NCBI GenBank assembly: GCA_030390025.1 | Contig: CM059438.1 | Span: 69,752,001 to 69,816,000, forward strand | Direction: 5' to 3' | Source: Squalus acanthias | Lineage: Eukaryota | Length of the DNA: 64,000 nt | Shown: one piece after another, positions 61,815-64,000 of the stretch | Layout: every line of letters starts with the position of its first letter | How positions within the stretch are numbered: position 1 is the first letter of the stretch | The notes under the pieces: generated by a model | Seen by the model: only the letters and a program-made list of their open reading frames with translations | The model's database searches: none | What the model was told of the DNA's origin: nothing | Position numbers and translations under genes: made by a program

Positions 61815-63695
61815 ATAAGAATATAAGAAATAGGAGTAGGCCATATGACCCCTTGAGCCTGCTCCGCCATTCAATAAGATCATGGCTGATCTTCAACCTC
61901 AACTCCACTTTCCCGCCCAAACTCATATCCCTTGATTCCCTGAGAGTCCAAAAATCTATCGATCTCAGCCCTGAATATACTCAACGACTGAGCATCCACA
62001 GCCCTCTCAGGTAGAGAATTCCAATGATTCACAACCCTCTGAGTGAAGAAATATTTCCTCATCTCAGTCTAAATGGCCGACCCCCTTATCCTGAGACTAT
62101 GCCCCCTAGTTCTAGATTCTCCAGCCAGGGGAAACAGCCTCTCAGCATCTACCCTGTCAAGCCCACTAGGAATCCGATATGTTTTAATGAGATCATCTCT
62201 GATTCTTCGAGAGAGTATAGGCCTATTCTACTCAATCTCTCCTCATAGAACAACCTTCTCATCCCAGGAATCTATCTAGTGAACCTTTGTTGCACCTACT
62301 GTAAGGCAAGTATCTCCTTCCTTAAATAAGGAGAACAAAACTATACACAGTACTCCAGGTGTGGTCTCACCAGAGCCCTTTCCAATTGCAGCAAGACGTC
62401 CTTACTCTTGTACTCCAACCCCTTACATTAAAGGTCAGCATTTCCTAATTCCTTGCTGTACCTGCATATTAACTTTGTGTTTCATGTACAAGGACACCCA
62501 ACTCCTTCTGAACACCAACATTTAATAGTTTCTCACCATTTCAAAATATTCTGTTTTTCTATTTTACCTACCAAAGTAAATAACCTCACATTTCCCCACA
62601 TTATATTCCACCTGCCACCTTATTGCCTACTCACTTAACCTGTCGATATTCCTTTGCAGACTCTTTGTGTCCTCCTCACAGCTTACTTTCCCACTTATCT
62701 TTGTATTGTCAGAAAACTTGGATACATTACACTCGGTCCCTTCATCTAAGTCATTAATATAGATTATAAATAGCTGAGGACCAAGCACTGATCCTTGCGG
62801 CATCCTACTAGTTATATCCTGCCAACTGGAAAATGACCCGTTTAACCCTACTCTATGTTTTCTGTCCGTTAACCAATCCTCTATCCACACTGATATATTA
62901 CCCCCAACCCCATGAGCCCTGAATCCTGTGCAACAACCTTTCATGTGGCACTTTATCGAATGCCTTTTGAATACCTATATTACATCCACTGGTTCCCCTT
63001 CATCTACCCTGCTAGTTACATCCTCAAAAAGCTCTTAATAGATTTGTCAAACATGATTTCCCTTTCATAAAACCATGTTGACTCTGCCTATTCATATTAT
63101 GATTTTCTAAGTGCCCTGTTACCACTTCCTTAATAATGGATTTCATCATTTCCCCAACAACTGATGTCAGGCTAACTGGCCTGTAGTTCCCTGATTTTTC
63201 TCTCCCTCCTTTCTTGAATAGTGGTGTTACATTTGCTACCTTCCAATCCACTGGGACTATTTCAGAATCAAAGGAATTTTGGAAGATCACTACCAATGCA
63301 TACACTATCTCTGCAGTCACCTCTTTTAGAACCCTCGGATGTAGGCCATCAGGTCCAGGGGATTTGTCGGCTTTTAGCCCTATTCATTTCTTCAGTACTT
63401 TTTCTTTACTAATATTAATTACGTTAAGTTCCTCACTCTCATTAGACCCTTTGCTCCCCACTATTTCTGGTACGTTTTTTGTGTCTTCTACTGTGAAGAC
63501 AGATACAAAATATTTGTTTAACGTCTCTGCCATTTCCTTATTCCCCATTATAATTTCTCCTGTTTCAGCCTCTACGGGACCCATGTTTACTTTCACTACT
63601 CTCTTCCTTTTTACATACTTGTATAGAAGCTCTTACAATCTGTTTTCATATTCCTTGCTAGTTTGCTCTCATATTCCATTTTCTCCCTCTATCAA
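61815..63695 (-). mobile_element. CR1 LINE ORF2 pseudogene
   Basis: MAETLNKYFVSVFT, ANVTPLFKKG and PQGSVLGP motifs; tail near 61815. Confidence 0.95.
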
Positions 63696-63967
63696 CGATG
63701 GGCTGAATGGCCTCCTTCTGTGCTATATCATTCTGTGATTCTACGACTGCCTATTATCCTAATATTATTTAGCCTGGCCTTCAGTTGATTTCAGATGTGT
63801 TCATTATGCTTCACTTGATACAGAAAAGCTGGGTTATAGTTTCCAAAGTGAGTATTGATACCACTGTGTCAGCCGGTGAGTTGGAGGCAGGGCGGGACTT
63901 GCTTACAGGGCTTACAGCAATCAGTCTATTTTACAGCAAACAAAGTCTTATTTACTCAGCAAACAGA

Positions 63968-64000
63968 GGGGGAGAAATTCAGTATTGCCCCATTTGGGGC
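63968..64000. mobile_element. Start of a fourth family A MITE, cut by the window edge
   Basis: GGGGGAGAAATTCAGTATTGCCCCATTTGGGGC matches the start at 45314. Confidence 0.9.

Larger units (their letters stand above)
60290..63745 (+). mobile_element. CR1 ORF2 pseudogene whose 3' UTR is split by an antisense CR1 (tail remainder at 63696-63745)
   Basis: RT motifs at 60290-61700; CACAGGCAC at about 61814 joins GATGGGCTGAATGGCCTCC at about 63697. Confidence 0.9.

Overview
Eukaryotic, repeat-dense, apparently non-genic (intronic or intergenic) window from a cartilaginous fish, most likely a shark. The taxonomic call rests on HE1/V-SINE, DeuSINE (SacSINE1-like) and shark-type CR1 tails. I find no recognisable intact host protein-coding gene: almost every longer ORF in the track is a broken CR1, L2, RTE or Penelope fragment, or a reading frame through a MITE. 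The window holds many nested CR1 LINE fragments, two RTE and two L2 fragments, several tRNA-derived SINEs, about 15 PIF/Harbinger-type MITEs with 3-bp TSDs, a 1.63-kb CpG-rich solo LTR, a decayed Gypsy gag, a decayed Myb/SANT-like remnant and five Penelope-like insertions. The most notable structures are: (i) Penelope-borne minimal hammerhead ribozymes, including a 133-bp-arm fold-back insertion with a hammerhead on each strand; (ii) a recurrent architecture inside unrelated Harbinger MITEs, namely a hairpin with GCGCATGCGC in the loop plus consensus splice donors, and an apparent palindromic target preference; (iii) the unusually long solo LTR. All family names come from motif recognition by eye, and boundaries without a TSD are approximate. 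I cannot claim a wholly new system.
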